IMG/VR virus record: IMGVR_UViG_3300027996_000011
Coordinates: 1 to 64,000 of that record
Origin: a virus
DNA length: 64,000 nt
Direction: 5' to 3' (one strand)
Shown one piece after another: positions 48,306 to 57,822 of this stretch. The notes beneath the pieces were generated by a model, which searched no databases, was not told the DNA's origin, and was given only the letters and a program-made list of their open reading frames with translations. A program made the position numbers and the translations under genes. The first letter of the stretch is position 1; the number at the start of each line of letters is the position of its first letter.

Positions 48306-49209
48306 TTTAGTTACTTTAGTTACTGGTGGTAGTGGGTTAGTTGGTTCTTCAATAACCGGTAACACCCTTAAGGTTGGTAGTAGTTTTGATTTACGAGATA
48401 CATCTGTAACCAATAAACTATTTTCGGACCTACAACCAGATAATGTTATACATTGTGCTGGTAGGGTAGGTGGTTTAGGTGGTAATATGAATATGAAGGG
48501 AGAATTTTTCTACGATAACATAATGATTAATACTAATGTTATAGAATCATGTAGGAAATACGGTGTAAAAAAATTAGTTTGTTTTTTATCTACTTGTGTG
48601 TTCCCTAATGATGTTGAGTATCCACTGACTGAAAAGAAAATTCATTTGGGTCCACCACACACCTCAAACGATGCTTACTCATATGCAAAACGTATGGCTG
48701 ATATACAAATTCGTGCATACAGAGAACAATACGGTCTTAATTACGTATCAGTTATACCAACTAACATATATGGACCTAACGATAATTTTGATTTGGTTAA
48801 TGGGCATGTTGTGCCTTCATTAATTCATAAATGTTATTTGGCTAAAAAAAATAACACACCTTTTAAAATATGGGGTAGTGGTAAACCTTTAAGAGAATTT
48901 ATTTTTTCTAAAGATGTAGGAAAATTAACAGAATGGGTTTTAAAAAACTATGAAGAGGAAGAACCTATTATATTTTCTACCTCACAAGAAGTTTCAATAA
49001 GAGATGTGGTTGGTTTGATTGTTAAACACATGTCTTTTACTGGTGACGTAGTTTGGGAGGATGATAAACCTGATGGACAATTTAGAAAACCTAGTGATAA
49101 TAGTAAATTATTATCTTACTTACCGGATTTTAAATTTACTAGTTTAGATAAAGGTTTAAAAGAAACTATAGATTGGTTTATAGATAATTATGAAAATTGT
49201 AGAAAATAA
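48295..49209 (+). CDS. fcl: GDP-L-fucose/colitose synthase (Fcl/ColC)
   Basis: TGGSGLVGS, AGRVGG...N, LSTCVFP, YSYAKR, PTNIYGPNDNF, WGSGKPLREF. Confidence 0.9.
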   Translation: MKNNLVTLVTGGSGLVGSSITGNTLKVGSSFDLRDTSVTNKLFSDLQPDNVIHCAGRVGGLGGNMNMKGEFFYDNIMINTNVIESCRKYGVKKLVCFLSTCVFPNDVEYPLTEKKIHLGPPHTSNDAYSYAKRMADIQIRAYREQYGLNYVSVIPTNIYGPNDNFDLVNGHVVPSLIHKCYLAKKNNTPFKIWGSGKPLREFIFSKDVGKLTEWVLKNYEEEEPIIFSTSQEVSIRDVVGLIVKHMSFTGDVVWEDDKPDGQFRKPSDNSKLLSYLPDFKFTSLDKGLKETIDWFIDNYENCRK

Positions 49210-49227
49210 AAATTTAAATAAATAATA

Positions 49228-49965
49228 ATGGGAAGAAGAAGTAAAAAATTAAGTAGAGATGAACAACAAGAAGTAGAAGAGTGGATTTACCAAAATAACA
49301 CTGAAGAAATTAGAATGACTGACACTATGACCATAAATGTTAAGTGTAAAACAGAAAATCAAAAATCCTTAGTAAATTCTATAAAAGAAAAAGAAGTAAC
49401 TATATGTTCTGGTCCAGCTGGAACGGGTAAAACATTTTTAGCTTGTGCCGAGGCTTTAAAATTAATTAAAAGATATGCAAAATATAAAAAGATTGTAATT
49501 GTAAAGTCAGTTACCACCCTAAAGAATGAAGAAATTGGTTTTTTAAAAGGTAATTTAAGGGAGAAGATGGAACCGTTTATGTTTTCTTTTGTTCATAATT
49601 TTGAGAAGATTGTGGGACAAGCTATAACATCAAGACTTAGGGAGTTAAAAACTATAGAAGAAATGCCTATCGCGTATATGAGGGGTATTAATCTAGATAA
49701 GTCAATTATAATTATAGATGAGGCTCAAAATATATCTCAAGAAAATATGAGGACAATACTAACTAGGTTAGGTAAGGATTCTAAAATGATATTCTTAGGT
49801 GATGAAAGACAACAAGATTCTAAAGGTGGTAATGGATTAACTTTTTTAATGGACCATTTTTCACACATTGATGAAATTGGGTGTGTCCAATTTAACAAAT
49901 CTGATGTGGTTAGAAATCCATTAATAGCAAAAATAGAAAGAGTTTTTGATTCTTTACAAAAATAA
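49228..49965 (+). CDS. phoH: PhoH-family ATPase
   Basis: GPAGTGKT, IGFLKG, PIAYMRG, IIDEAQN, LTRLG, DVVRNPL. Confidence 0.93.
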   Translation: MGRRSKKLSRDEQQEVEEWIYQNNTEEIRMTDTMTINVKCKTENQKSLVNSIKEKEVTICSGPAGTGKTFLACAEALKLIKRYAKYKKIVIVKSVTTLKNEEIGFLKGNLREKMEPFMFSFVHNFEKIVGQAITSRLRELKTIEEMPIAYMRGINLDKSIIIIDEAQNISQENMRTILTRLGKDSKMIFLGDERQQDSKGGNGLTFLMDHFSHIDEIGCVQFNKSDVVRNPLIAKIERVFDSLQK

Positions 49966-49975
49966 GATTTATAAT
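49946..49975 (+). promoter_or_regulatory. Possible sigma70-like promoter
   Basis: TTGATT-N18-TATAAT, 11 nt before ATG 49987. Confidence 0.4.
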
Positions 49976-49986
49976 TAGGTTTAAAT

Positions 49987-50565
49987 ATGAAAATTAGTGT
50001 AAATATAAATGGTGTACTTAGAAACGTACTTTTAAAATTTCAACAGGTTTATGAGAAATACGAAGATAGGGATGTTAAGTCCGATGTCATCACACCAAAC
50101 CTTATGGAATACACTCATTTTGACGATGAAGAAAAACTATACAATTTTTTATATCAGGAAGCACCCATGGAGATATTTGGACAAGCTAAAGAAACATTCA
50201 TTAATGTTATTTCTCACTTAGTAGAACTTTACAAAAATATGCCATCTGATTATAAATTAAGGGTTGTAAGTGATGATTTAGGTAAAGCTAAACCCGCTAC
50301 ATTATGGTTTTTAGCAAAATATGGTTTAGTTTGTGATGAAATAGTATTTTACAACACAAAGACCTTAGAAAACATTTGGGACAATACTGATGTTTTTATA
50401 ACAAGTGATGTTGATGTTATTGAGTCTAAGCCAAAAAATAAAAAATTAATAGTTGTTGACCAATCGTATAATAATTCATATGATTGTGACTTACGAATAA
50501 CTAATTTAAAAGAATTAGATACATTAAATATAGAAGATATATGGCGATTAAAAGAGATACATTAA
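49987..50565 (+). CDS. Degenerate HAD 5'(3')-nucleotidase-like protein
   Basis: MKISVNINGVLRN corresponds to DxDGVL with both Asp replaced by Asn; ATLWFL and YN motifs. Confidence 0.55.
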   Translation: MKISVNINGVLRNVLLKFQQVYEKYEDRDVKSDVITPNLMEYTHFDDEEKLYNFLYQEAPMEIFGQAKETFINVISHLVELYKNMPSDYKLRVVSDDLGKAKPATLWFLAKYGLVCDEIVFYNTKTLENIWDNTDVFITSDVDVIESKPKNKKLIVVDQSYNNSYDCDLRITNLKELDTLNIEDIWRLKEIH

Positions 50566-50843
50566 CTAATTTAAAGTTAAATGTTGGTAATGAACGTCTT
50601 TACTTAGACGTTGATGAGATGCTGGGTAATGTGGAAATATTTACCCGTGACAAAGAAGGTAGAGATATCATTGAATTGAACTTACCAAAATTTGAATTTT
50701 TTAAAATGATGTTAGATACGGTTTGTAATACTGTAGAAGATGTAGATGATAATTTGGGTGTGGTGTCCTTAAATAAATTACCTGTTTCGTCTAAATTGGC
50801 GATTAACACCTTAATAAAATATAAAATAATAAAAAAATTATAA
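50541..50843 (+). CDS. Hypothetical protein
   Basis: 100-aa ORF in the operon. Confidence 0.65.
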   Translation: MAIKRDTLTNLKLNVGNERLYLDVDEMLGNVEIFTRDKEGRDIIELNLPKFEFFKMMLDTVCNTVEDVDDNLGVVSLNKLPVSSKLAINTLIKYKIIKKL

Positions 50844-50849
50844 TTAAAT

Positions 50850-51911
50850 ATGGAACAACAATTAACTCAATTAGAGAACGGTTTAAAAAAAATTAAAAAC
50901 AAAGAGAGTATGATTTATTTCTTAACTCAAGACACTAATGGGACTGCATCTGCTTCTGTTGCAAATACCTATCAGTATGTAAAATACCTAAGAGAAGCTG
51001 GTTACAAAGCAGAAATCTTGTATGAAAAGAAAGACTATAAAGGTGTGGGTGAATGGTTAGGTTCAGAATACACTGAATTACCACATTGTACTATAGAGGA
51101 TGGTGAATTAAAAGTTGGTCCAGCAGATGTTGTTGTGGTACCAGAATTGTACGGCCATGTATTAGAACAAATAACAAATATGCCTTGTACCAAAATAATG
51201 TTTAGTCAAGCTTATGATTACATTTTAGAAACTTTAAATCCTGGTTTTGGTTGGTCTAATTACGGTGTTACTAAATGTATAACAACATCTGATGCCCAAA
51301 AAGAAGAAATTAAAAAATTATTTCCAACTGTAGAATCAACAGTAATCACACCCTCAATCCCAAGTTATTTTAAACCAAGTGAAAAACCTAAAAAGCCAAT
51401 GATTGCTGTACATACTAGAGACCAAAGGGATACTATGAAGATTATTAAATCTTTTTACCTACAAAACCCACAATTTAAATGGATTACATTTAGAGATATG
51501 AGAGGTTTATCTAGAGAAGAATTTGCTAAAAATTTAGGTGAAGCATGTGCATCAATATGGGTGGATAGAATATCTAGTTTTGGTACTTTCCCATTGGAGT
51601 CTATGATGTGTAATACACCTTGTATCGGAACGCTTCCTATTATGAAACCTGAATGGTTAACTGAAGAGAATGGTATATGGGTTTTTGACGAATCTAAGGT
51701 TGTTGAGGTTATAGCTGGATTCTTAAAGAATTGGTTGGAGGATTCCGTACCAGTAAATTTATATGAAAAAATGAAAAAAACTACCGAAATGATATCGGAA
51801 GATAAAGAATCTAAGGAAGTGGTGAAATTCTTTGACACTTTATTTGGTGAAAAATCTGTGGAGTTTGATTCCGCAATAAATAAACTTACACCTGTAAGTG
51901 AAAACTCTTAA
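50850..51911 (+). CDS. GT-B (GT4-like) glycosyltransferase
   Basis: DVVVVPE, SSFGTFPLESMMC.TPCIG (ExxxxE-like acceptor region). Confidence 0.75.
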   Translation: MEQQLTQLENGLKKIKNKESMIYFLTQDTNGTASASVANTYQYVKYLREAGYKAEILYEKKDYKGVGEWLGSEYTELPHCTIEDGELKVGPADVVVVPELYGHVLEQITNMPCTKIMFSQAYDYILETLNPGFGWSNYGVTKCITTSDAQKEEIKKLFPTVESTVITPSIPSYFKPSEKPKKPMIAVHTRDQRDTMKIIKSFYLQNPQFKWITFRDMRGLSREEFAKNLGEACASIWVDRISSFGTFPLESMMCNTPCIGTLPIMKPEWLTEENGIWVFDESKVVEVIAGFLKNWLEDSVPVNLYEKMKKTTEMISEDKESKEVVKFFDTLFGEKSVEFDSAINKLTPVSENS

Positions 51912-51923
51912 AAAAATATTAAA

Positions 51924-52721
51924 ATGAATAGTAAAGACATTACAATTATACTTCCGGTACACGATGTATCTGACGATTTTAACAACTGGTTTCCTAAATC
52001 TCTTAAAAGTTTAGAACAATCACAAGCAAAACCAGGTAAACTATTAATAGTTTGTGCTGAAAATAACTCCATAAAAGAATACATGAGCTCTTTAGAAAAT
52101 ACTACTGGTATCGATACTGAAATTGTGTACAATGATGGTGACACAACATATTGTGGACAAATTAATTTAGGTGTGTCCAAATGTAAGACTGAATACATTT
52201 CAGTATTAGAGTACGATGATGAATATTCTAATATTTGGTTTAAACAGTTTGATTTGTATGTGCCACATTATAAAGACGTAGATATATTTTTACCTTTGGT
52301 AGTAGATACTGACCAAGTAGGTCAATTTTTAGGTTTTACTAATGAAGCTTTATGGGCTATGGGATTCTCAGAAGAAATTGGATTTCTAGATAATAATACC
52401 TTATTAAAATATCAAAATTTCCAAGTTAGTGGTATGATTATGAGAAAGGATAAATTTGAGGAGATTGGTGGTTTAAAAGCTTCTATGAAACTTACTTTTA
52501 ATTACGAATTTTTATTACGTGCTACTTACAATGACACTACTATTATGACAATACCTAAAATAGGTTATAAGCATGTAAACCAAAGAGACAAGTCCTTATT
52601 TTGGAATTATAAATTTAAAGACGATTTAAAAATTGGCCAGGACGAAGCTAAGTTCTGGGTGGAAACAGCTAAAAAAGAATATTTTTTCACTAAAGATAGA
52701 CAGGTTGAATTTGAGGGGTAA
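51924..52721 (+). CDS. GT2-like glycosyltransferase
   Basis: ITIILPVH, INLGV, LEYDDEY, YEFLLR. Confidence 0.75.
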   Translation: MNSKDITIILPVHDVSDDFNNWFPKSLKSLEQSQAKPGKLLIVCAENNSIKEYMSSLENTTGIDTEIVYNDGDTTYCGQINLGVSKCKTEYISVLEYDDEYSNIWFKQFDLYVPHYKDVDIFLPLVVDTDQVGQFLGFTNEALWAMGFSEEIGFLDNNTLLKYQNFQVSGMIMRKDKFEEIGGLKASMKLTFNYEFLLRATYNDTTIMTIPKIGYKHVNQRDKSLFWNYKFKDDLKIGQDEAKFWVETAKKEYFFTKDRQVEFEG

Positions 52722-53425
52722 TGGGAAGAAAGCCACTTACTAAACAATATTTTGGTCCTGACCAAGAGTTTGCTGTTAGAGTTTTTTTAACAGCTACTAC
52801 TTGGGATGAAAAAAATAAAGTTTATAACACCTCTCTTCGTGACCCTCTTATAAAAATGATAGAAAGTATTATAAGAAGATATAGGTTATATAGACCAGGT
52901 ATGGAGTTTACTGATATTCACACCGATACTCTTTCATTTTTAGTTACAAAAATGGAAAAATTTAAACCAGCTAAAGGTAAAAAAGCTTATTCCTATTTTG
53001 GTACTATTTGTAAAAATTATTTAATGGGTCAAATAATGAAGGATAATAGAGATAGGAATAGAAAAATTTCATACGAGGATATATCTGGTAGTATGGAACA
53101 AAATGAAAAATATTCATATAGTATGTTTGATGATGATTACCTACCTATTGAGAAGATTATAAAACGTTTAATTTTAGAAATTAAAGAATTTGTTTCTAAT
53201 AATCGATTAAGTATTAATGAAGAAAAGATTGGTTACTGTTTAATAGATGTTTTTGAAAATTACCAAACTATATTTATCGCGGGTAAAGGTAATAAATTTA
53301 ACAAAAATATTATACTTTACCAATTACGTGAAATGAGTGGGTTGACCACTAAAGAAATTAGGTCTGCTTTAAAACCATATAAAAACATATATAAAGATAT
53401 ACTGGGAACGATACTAAATCAGTAA
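52721..53425 (+). CDS. Phage late-transcription sigma factor, T4 gp55-like
   Basis: Sigma region-2-like FLVTKMEKFKPAKGKKAYSYFGTICKNYL (compare the gp55 NF.P....AF.YFT pattern). Confidence 0.7.
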   Translation: MGRKPLTKQYFGPDQEFAVRVFLTATTWDEKNKVYNTSLRDPLIKMIESIIRRYRLYRPGMEFTDIHTDTLSFLVTKMEKFKPAKGKKAYSYFGTICKNYLMGQIMKDNRDRNRKISYEDISGSMEQNEKYSYSMFDDDYLPIEKIIKRLILEIKEFVSNNRLSINEEKIGYCLIDVFENYQTIFIAGKGNKFNKNIILYQLREMSGLTTKEIRSALKPYKNIYKDILGTILNQ

Positions 53426-53430
53426 TTAGA

Positions 53431-53438
53431 TATTTATA
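53431..53438 (+). promoter_or_regulatory. Late promoter motif TATTTATA (representative of at least 16 copies)
   Basis: Recurs on the coding strand upstream of structural genes on both strands; see findings. Confidence 0.75.
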
Positions 53439-53441
53439 GGT

Positions 53442-53816
53442 ATGCCTAGACCAAAAAGAAAGGAAATAAAATTAACCCACGATAGTGCGGTATCCTTAAT
53501 GCAGGAAATATACAATGAATGTGTGGAACAAAGAACCACAGCTATACGTATACAAAATAAGATGATTGGGTTTATGAAAGAAGCTGCTGACATGGCTTTA
53601 ATCGGTCCGGTACTTAAAGAACAACAAAAAATTATAGATTCTTCTATAGATAAAAAATTACAACTATCTAAACTATTAGCTACTATAGCTTCTAAAAATA
53701 TGGAGGTTTCCGGCACTGGATTTACTATCGACGGTGACATGAAAGAAGCTATTAATGAATTAGTAACAAAAACACAACAATCTCAAGAAGGTGATAATTT
53801 AAATTATAAAATTTAA
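53442..53816 (+). CDS. Hypothetical coiled-coil late protein (possibly terminase small subunit)
   Basis: 124 aa and helical. The function is a guess from size and late expression. Confidence 0.5.
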   Translation: MPRPKRKEIKLTHDSAVSLMQEIYNECVEQRTTAIRIQNKMIGFMKEAADMALIGPVLKEQQKIIDSSIDKKLQLSKLLATIASKNMEVSGTGFTIDGDMKEAINELVTKTQQSQEGDNLNYKI

Positions 53817-53818
53817 TT

Positions 53819-55891
53819 ATGGCTGACCCAATACAACAACAAAAAGACATATTTAGTAAAGTCCAAGGATTAATGGCATTTTTAGATGCTACCGATGAAC
53901 AGCGTAATAGGGAAAATTTAGACCAGTGGAAACAAACTTTCGCCGCACTAAAAGACATAACTAACAACCCACTACCTTTTTTATTAGATTTATTAAAAAG
54001 TCTTAAATCACATAAAGGAAATAGAATAAAATTTAAACGTAAAGGGTATACCATGTCTTCTGAGTTAGAAAAAGACAAAAAAGGAGTTAAAGGGGATGGT
54101 TTATACAAAAAAACTAAAAAAGCATTCAGTACTAGATTTGGTTTATCCACTAGTACCGACCCTTGGTTAAGACAATTAGACCAGATTATTAGAACTTCTA
54201 TGTTAGAAGTTTTACCTAGGGTAGACGATATTCTTTTTGAGGAATTGTTAAAGGCATTTAATTGTGATATGTCTATGTTAGTTCCTACCGTTGGTGATGG
54301 TTTAACTACAGCGTTACAAATAGATATTGCTGAGGTAGACCTTTTAAAACAACTAAAGAATGACCCGTCTAGTAGTGTTGGTAAATATATGTATGAGCAA
54401 AGTCCTTGGGCTACTGGTTATCCTCCTGGGAGTACGCCATTCTCAATGAATAAATTTCTTCGTGATTTGTATTTTACAACACCTGGTGTAGCACAAACAG
54501 TATACGGTGCAAGTGGTAGGCCTTTATTTGATATTACCGCTGCTGCTGGTGTGTATACAATATCACCATATTATAAAGAACAAACTGGTAACCCAGGAAT
54601 TCAATCAGCACCTAACGCAGCTGACCCTCTTGCTACAAAATTTACTTTCGTTGAATTTCTTAAGGATTACTTTGATAGTATACGTGTGATAGAAATACAG
54701 AACATTTTAGGTGCTTTGATGGAGGTACTTACTGGTTTTATGAGTGTTAGAAATAAATCTTTTAGTGTCGAAGATGCTTTGGGGTTAGAAAAATTTATGT
54801 CTGCTGTAGAAAATATGTTGGAGTCGTGTGATGGTGCGGACTTGTCAGGCCCTAACAGTGAATCGGTAAACTATTTATCTGAACTTTCTGATGACGATAG
54901 TTTTTTTGAATTTAATGTGGAGGAAGAAAGAAATATAATTCTTGAAGCGGAAAGAAAATCTAAAAATGTTTTGTCTTTGGTGAGTTGTGGTCAAGTTGAT
55001 ATTCCAGTAGATAACGGTGTAATTGATGATGGGTGTGATGAAATACTAGCCACCCAAGTCTTAGATGAACAATTAAAAGCTTTTGACCTTGTATTACAAA
55101 AAGCGGCTTCATCCTCAGCTTCTAAAGCTGGGTATGATATAAGTTTAGGGTCTATAAGTTTACCAGTAGAAATAGATTTTAAAGAAAATTTAATTAAAAA
55201 ATTACCACAAATATTAACTTATTGTGTACTTAGTACTAAAGCTATTCTTCCTGTAGTACTTACTAGTAGACTATTAAATCAGAATGGTGCTTTAGCTACA
55301 AATATTGAGTTATTTGGTAAGTTATTTAAACGTGTTATTATAAGACTTGTTAAAGAGTTTTTAGCTAGAGTAGCTAGACATATATTAGTGTTAGTAAAAA
55401 ACATATTACTTCGTTTAATTAGAGATTTAATAAAACGTAAGTTAGATGCTATGAATAAAAAGAAAATTCGATTACTTAGAAGATTGTTGGATATTTTACT
55501 ACCTCTTATTATCGCCTTACAAAACGCTACAAGTTGTAAAGAAATATTTAACATTATTTTAGGTATTTTGGCTGCAAATATGCCAGATATACCTTTTGGT
55601 GTACCACCATTTTTACTAGCAGCTTCAAAATTAAAACCTGGGTCTAGTAATTTAGGTACTTTTGAAAAGTTTATAGGTAAAATGGAAGCTGCGGGTCTTC
55701 CTGTGGGTGATATGCCGGATGGGAGTACCAACCAATTTACAAAAGCTTTATTTATGTATGGAGCTGCTCATGAAGAAGAAAGAGTAGATAATGAAAAGGT
55801 GAAAATAAGTATAATGTATGGACAGACCTTACATTGGTCTGGTCCTGGATTATTAAAACCTGGAACTACCGGAGACGGTACATCATTTTAA
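53819..55891 (+). CDS. Hypothetical structural protein
   Basis: 690-aa ORF in the late operon, upstream of the spike gene. Confidence 0.65.
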   Translation: MADPIQQQKDIFSKVQGLMAFLDATDEQRNRENLDQWKQTFAALKDITNNPLPFLLDLLKSLKSHKGNRIKFKRKGYTMSSELEKDKKGVKGDGLYKKTKKAFSTRFGLSTSTDPWLRQLDQIIRTSMLEVLPRVDDILFEELLKAFNCDMSMLVPTVGDGLTTALQIDIAEVDLLKQLKNDPSSSVGKYMYEQSPWATGYPPGSTPFSMNKFLRDLYFTTPGVAQTVYGASGRPLFDITAAAGVYTISPYYKEQTGNPGIQSAPNAADPLATKFTFVEFLKDYFDSIRVIEIQNILGALMEVLTGFMSVRNKSFSVEDALGLEKFMSAVENMLESCDGADLSGPNSESVNYLSELSDDDSFFEFNVEEERNIILEAERKSKNVLSLVSCGQVDIPVDNGVIDDGCDEILATQVLDEQLKAFDLVLQKAASSSASKAGYDISLGSISLPVEIDFKENLIKKLPQILTYCVLSTKAILPVVLTSRLLNQNGALATNIELFGKLFKRVIIRLVKEFLARVARHILVLVKNILLRLIRDLIKRKLDAMNKKKIRLLRRLLDILLPLIIALQNATSCKEIFNIILGILAANMPDIPFGVPPFLLAASKLKPGSSNLGTFEKFIGKMEAAGLPVGDMPDGSTNQFTKALFMYGAAHEEERVDNEKVKISIMYGQTLHWSGPGLLKPGTTGDGTSF

Positions 55892-55894
55892 GAT

Positions 55895-56083
55895 ATGGAA
55901 GAATTTTTTAAAGAATATAAAAACAAACCAAATAAAGAACTATTAGATATGCTGATGGTTTTAAAAGAGGAGTTTGATAAGACCAAGTCGGTACTTATTA
56001 ATTTAACTTTACATATAGAAGATATAGAAAAAAAATTTAATTTAATAAATAAAGAACTAGATAATCGTAAACCTAATAAATAA
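55895..56083 (+). CDS. Small coiled-coil protein
   Basis: 62 aa; TAATG-coupled to the next gene. Confidence 0.65.
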   Translation: MEEFFKEYKNKPNKELLDMLMVLKEEFDKTKSVLINLTLHIEDIEKKFNLINKELDNRKPNK

Positions 56084-57798
56084 TGGCTGGAACACAACCT
56101 TTTGACCATAGAAAAAATTCTGGAGTTGGTATTAAAATAAGTCAAATAATTAAATTTGCTGTATGTGTTGATAATAAGGACCCTCAAAGAGCCGGTCGTA
56201 TTAGGGCAGTAATAACCAAAGGTGAGGGGTTAACAAAAAGTAAGATTGTTGACCCATTAAATGCTATTATAGGATTTGACGCTCAAGGAGTTAAAGATAA
56301 AACTTATTTACCTTGGGGGGCTGACGACCCATATACATTTGCTCCTTTTTTACCATTACATTTAAATATACAACCTATTCCTGGTGAAGCAGTTAAAATA
56401 GTTGGGTTTGGACAAAGGGAAGGTAATTTTAATGAAGAGTACGTTGGTCCTATGATTTCACAACCAGGTGAAATACGTACGGATAATTATTCTAGTGGAC
56501 AACAGAATACAAGTTTTGGTACACAAAATAAACCTTTACCTGATTTTGCTCCGGGTGGAATACCGTTACCTCAAGGTAAGGGATGTTTTCCTAATCCTGA
56601 TGATATAGCTTTAATAGGTAGGGAAAATTGTGATATTATTCTTGGTATGCGAGAAAAGGCCATAGTAGATGAGACTGATGAAAAATTAAAAGATTGGTAC
56701 CCACAGATATTAATTAGGTCTGGGCAATTAATAAAAAACGATAAATTTAGTTCAAGACCTAGATTTAACCCAAAACAAACCTTTATACAACTAAATACTT
56801 TCCCAACTACATTAACTTCTACAGTAATAGAATTAGAAAAGACAGTACTAGAAGACGTACCCTTAACTACTTTACTTGAGTATCATTTAGATGATGCTCC
56901 CCTACAAGCTGGAATACTTACTGGTTTTATAAGAATATTAAAGATACCATTTGACAATAACTCAAAAATATATATGTCTGGTGACTTTAATAAAGAAATA
57001 CAACTCCCTCCTAACACTATAGAAGCCTGTAGACTTAGTTTTACCAACGCTCCGTCAGTTACTGAGTTAGGTGGTATTATAACTCAGTACATTGCAGAAT
57101 ATGACGGTGGAGAATGGAGTAAGTTTGTAAAACCACCACCTTCTTGGGCTACAAAAACATACCACCCACAAGTAGATTTAAACAATAATAATAATGTTGG
57201 GTCTTTTATGGGTAAAACCCACCCATTATATTTTAGACCAGATAGTGTAACTTTAAGATATATGGATAAAGCTATACCTGTTGGTGCACCATTGGTGTGG
57301 CCTAATATGCAAACTATAGTTAATAATTTAAAAGATTTAATTGTGTTAGATGGGGTAAAAACTGATGGTTGGGGTCTAGCGTTTACTAGTGATGTGGGAG
57401 AAAGAAAGGTTAAGGAAAACAAAGTTAAAGAAAGTAAAAACGAAATAACTAGTGAAGATATGCAACAAGGTATTATTACCGCTGGTTCAGAAAAAATATA
57501 TTTATTATCCCATAACTCAGCTGAACTTAATGGGAGAATAACATTAAGCACTAATTACGGTATCGACCAAGAAAAATTTGTAGTAGATATAGATGGTAAA
57601 ACTAATTCACTAGTAAGGGGAGAAAAACTAATGGAGTTATTGACAAAAATAGTAAGTTTTGTTTCTAGTCATACACACGCTTTTCCAGGACTAGCTCCAG
57701 TACCTCAAGGTCACGACGGTACTAGAGTAGAAGATATCAGTAGATTACTCGCGGATGCACCTAATACAATATTAAATCAAAATATTAGGATTAACTAG
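56083..57798 (+). CDS. Baseplate central spike, gp5/gpV-like (OB-fold, HxH tip)
   Basis: AVCVDNKDPQRAGRIRA and P.PGEAV (OB-fold); LVRGEKL...SHTH near the C-terminus. Confidence 0.7.
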   Translation: MAGTQPFDHRKNSGVGIKISQIIKFAVCVDNKDPQRAGRIRAVITKGEGLTKSKIVDPLNAIIGFDAQGVKDKTYLPWGADDPYTFAPFLPLHLNIQPIPGEAVKIVGFGQREGNFNEEYVGPMISQPGEIRTDNYSSGQQNTSFGTQNKPLPDFAPGGIPLPQGKGCFPNPDDIALIGRENCDIILGMREKAIVDETDEKLKDWYPQILIRSGQLIKNDKFSSRPRFNPKQTFIQLNTFPTTLTSTVIELEKTVLEDVPLTTLLEYHLDDAPLQAGILTGFIRILKIPFDNNSKIYMSGDFNKEIQLPPNTIEACRLSFTNAPSVTELGGIITQYIAEYDGGEWSKFVKPPPSWATKTYHPQVDLNNNNNVGSFMGKTHPLYFRPDSVTLRYMDKAIPVGAPLVWPNMQTIVNNLKDLIVLDGVKTDGWGLAFTSDVGERKVKENKVKESKNEITSEDMQQGIITAGSEKIYLLSHNSAELNGRITLSTNYGIDQEKFVVDIDGKTNSLVRGEKLMELLTKIVSFVSSHTHAFPGLAPVPQGHDGTRVEDISRLLADAPNTILNQNIRIN

Positions 57799-57822
57799 AT
57801 ATTTATTATATAAAGATATTTC

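Noticed and set aside
30327-52721. Host chromosomal O-antigen locus or chimeric assembly
   Set aside because: Composition and apparent GATC avoidance match the flanks, the genes are interleaved with dut, phoH and the late sigma, and no wzx/wzy is present. Read mapping would be the definitive check.
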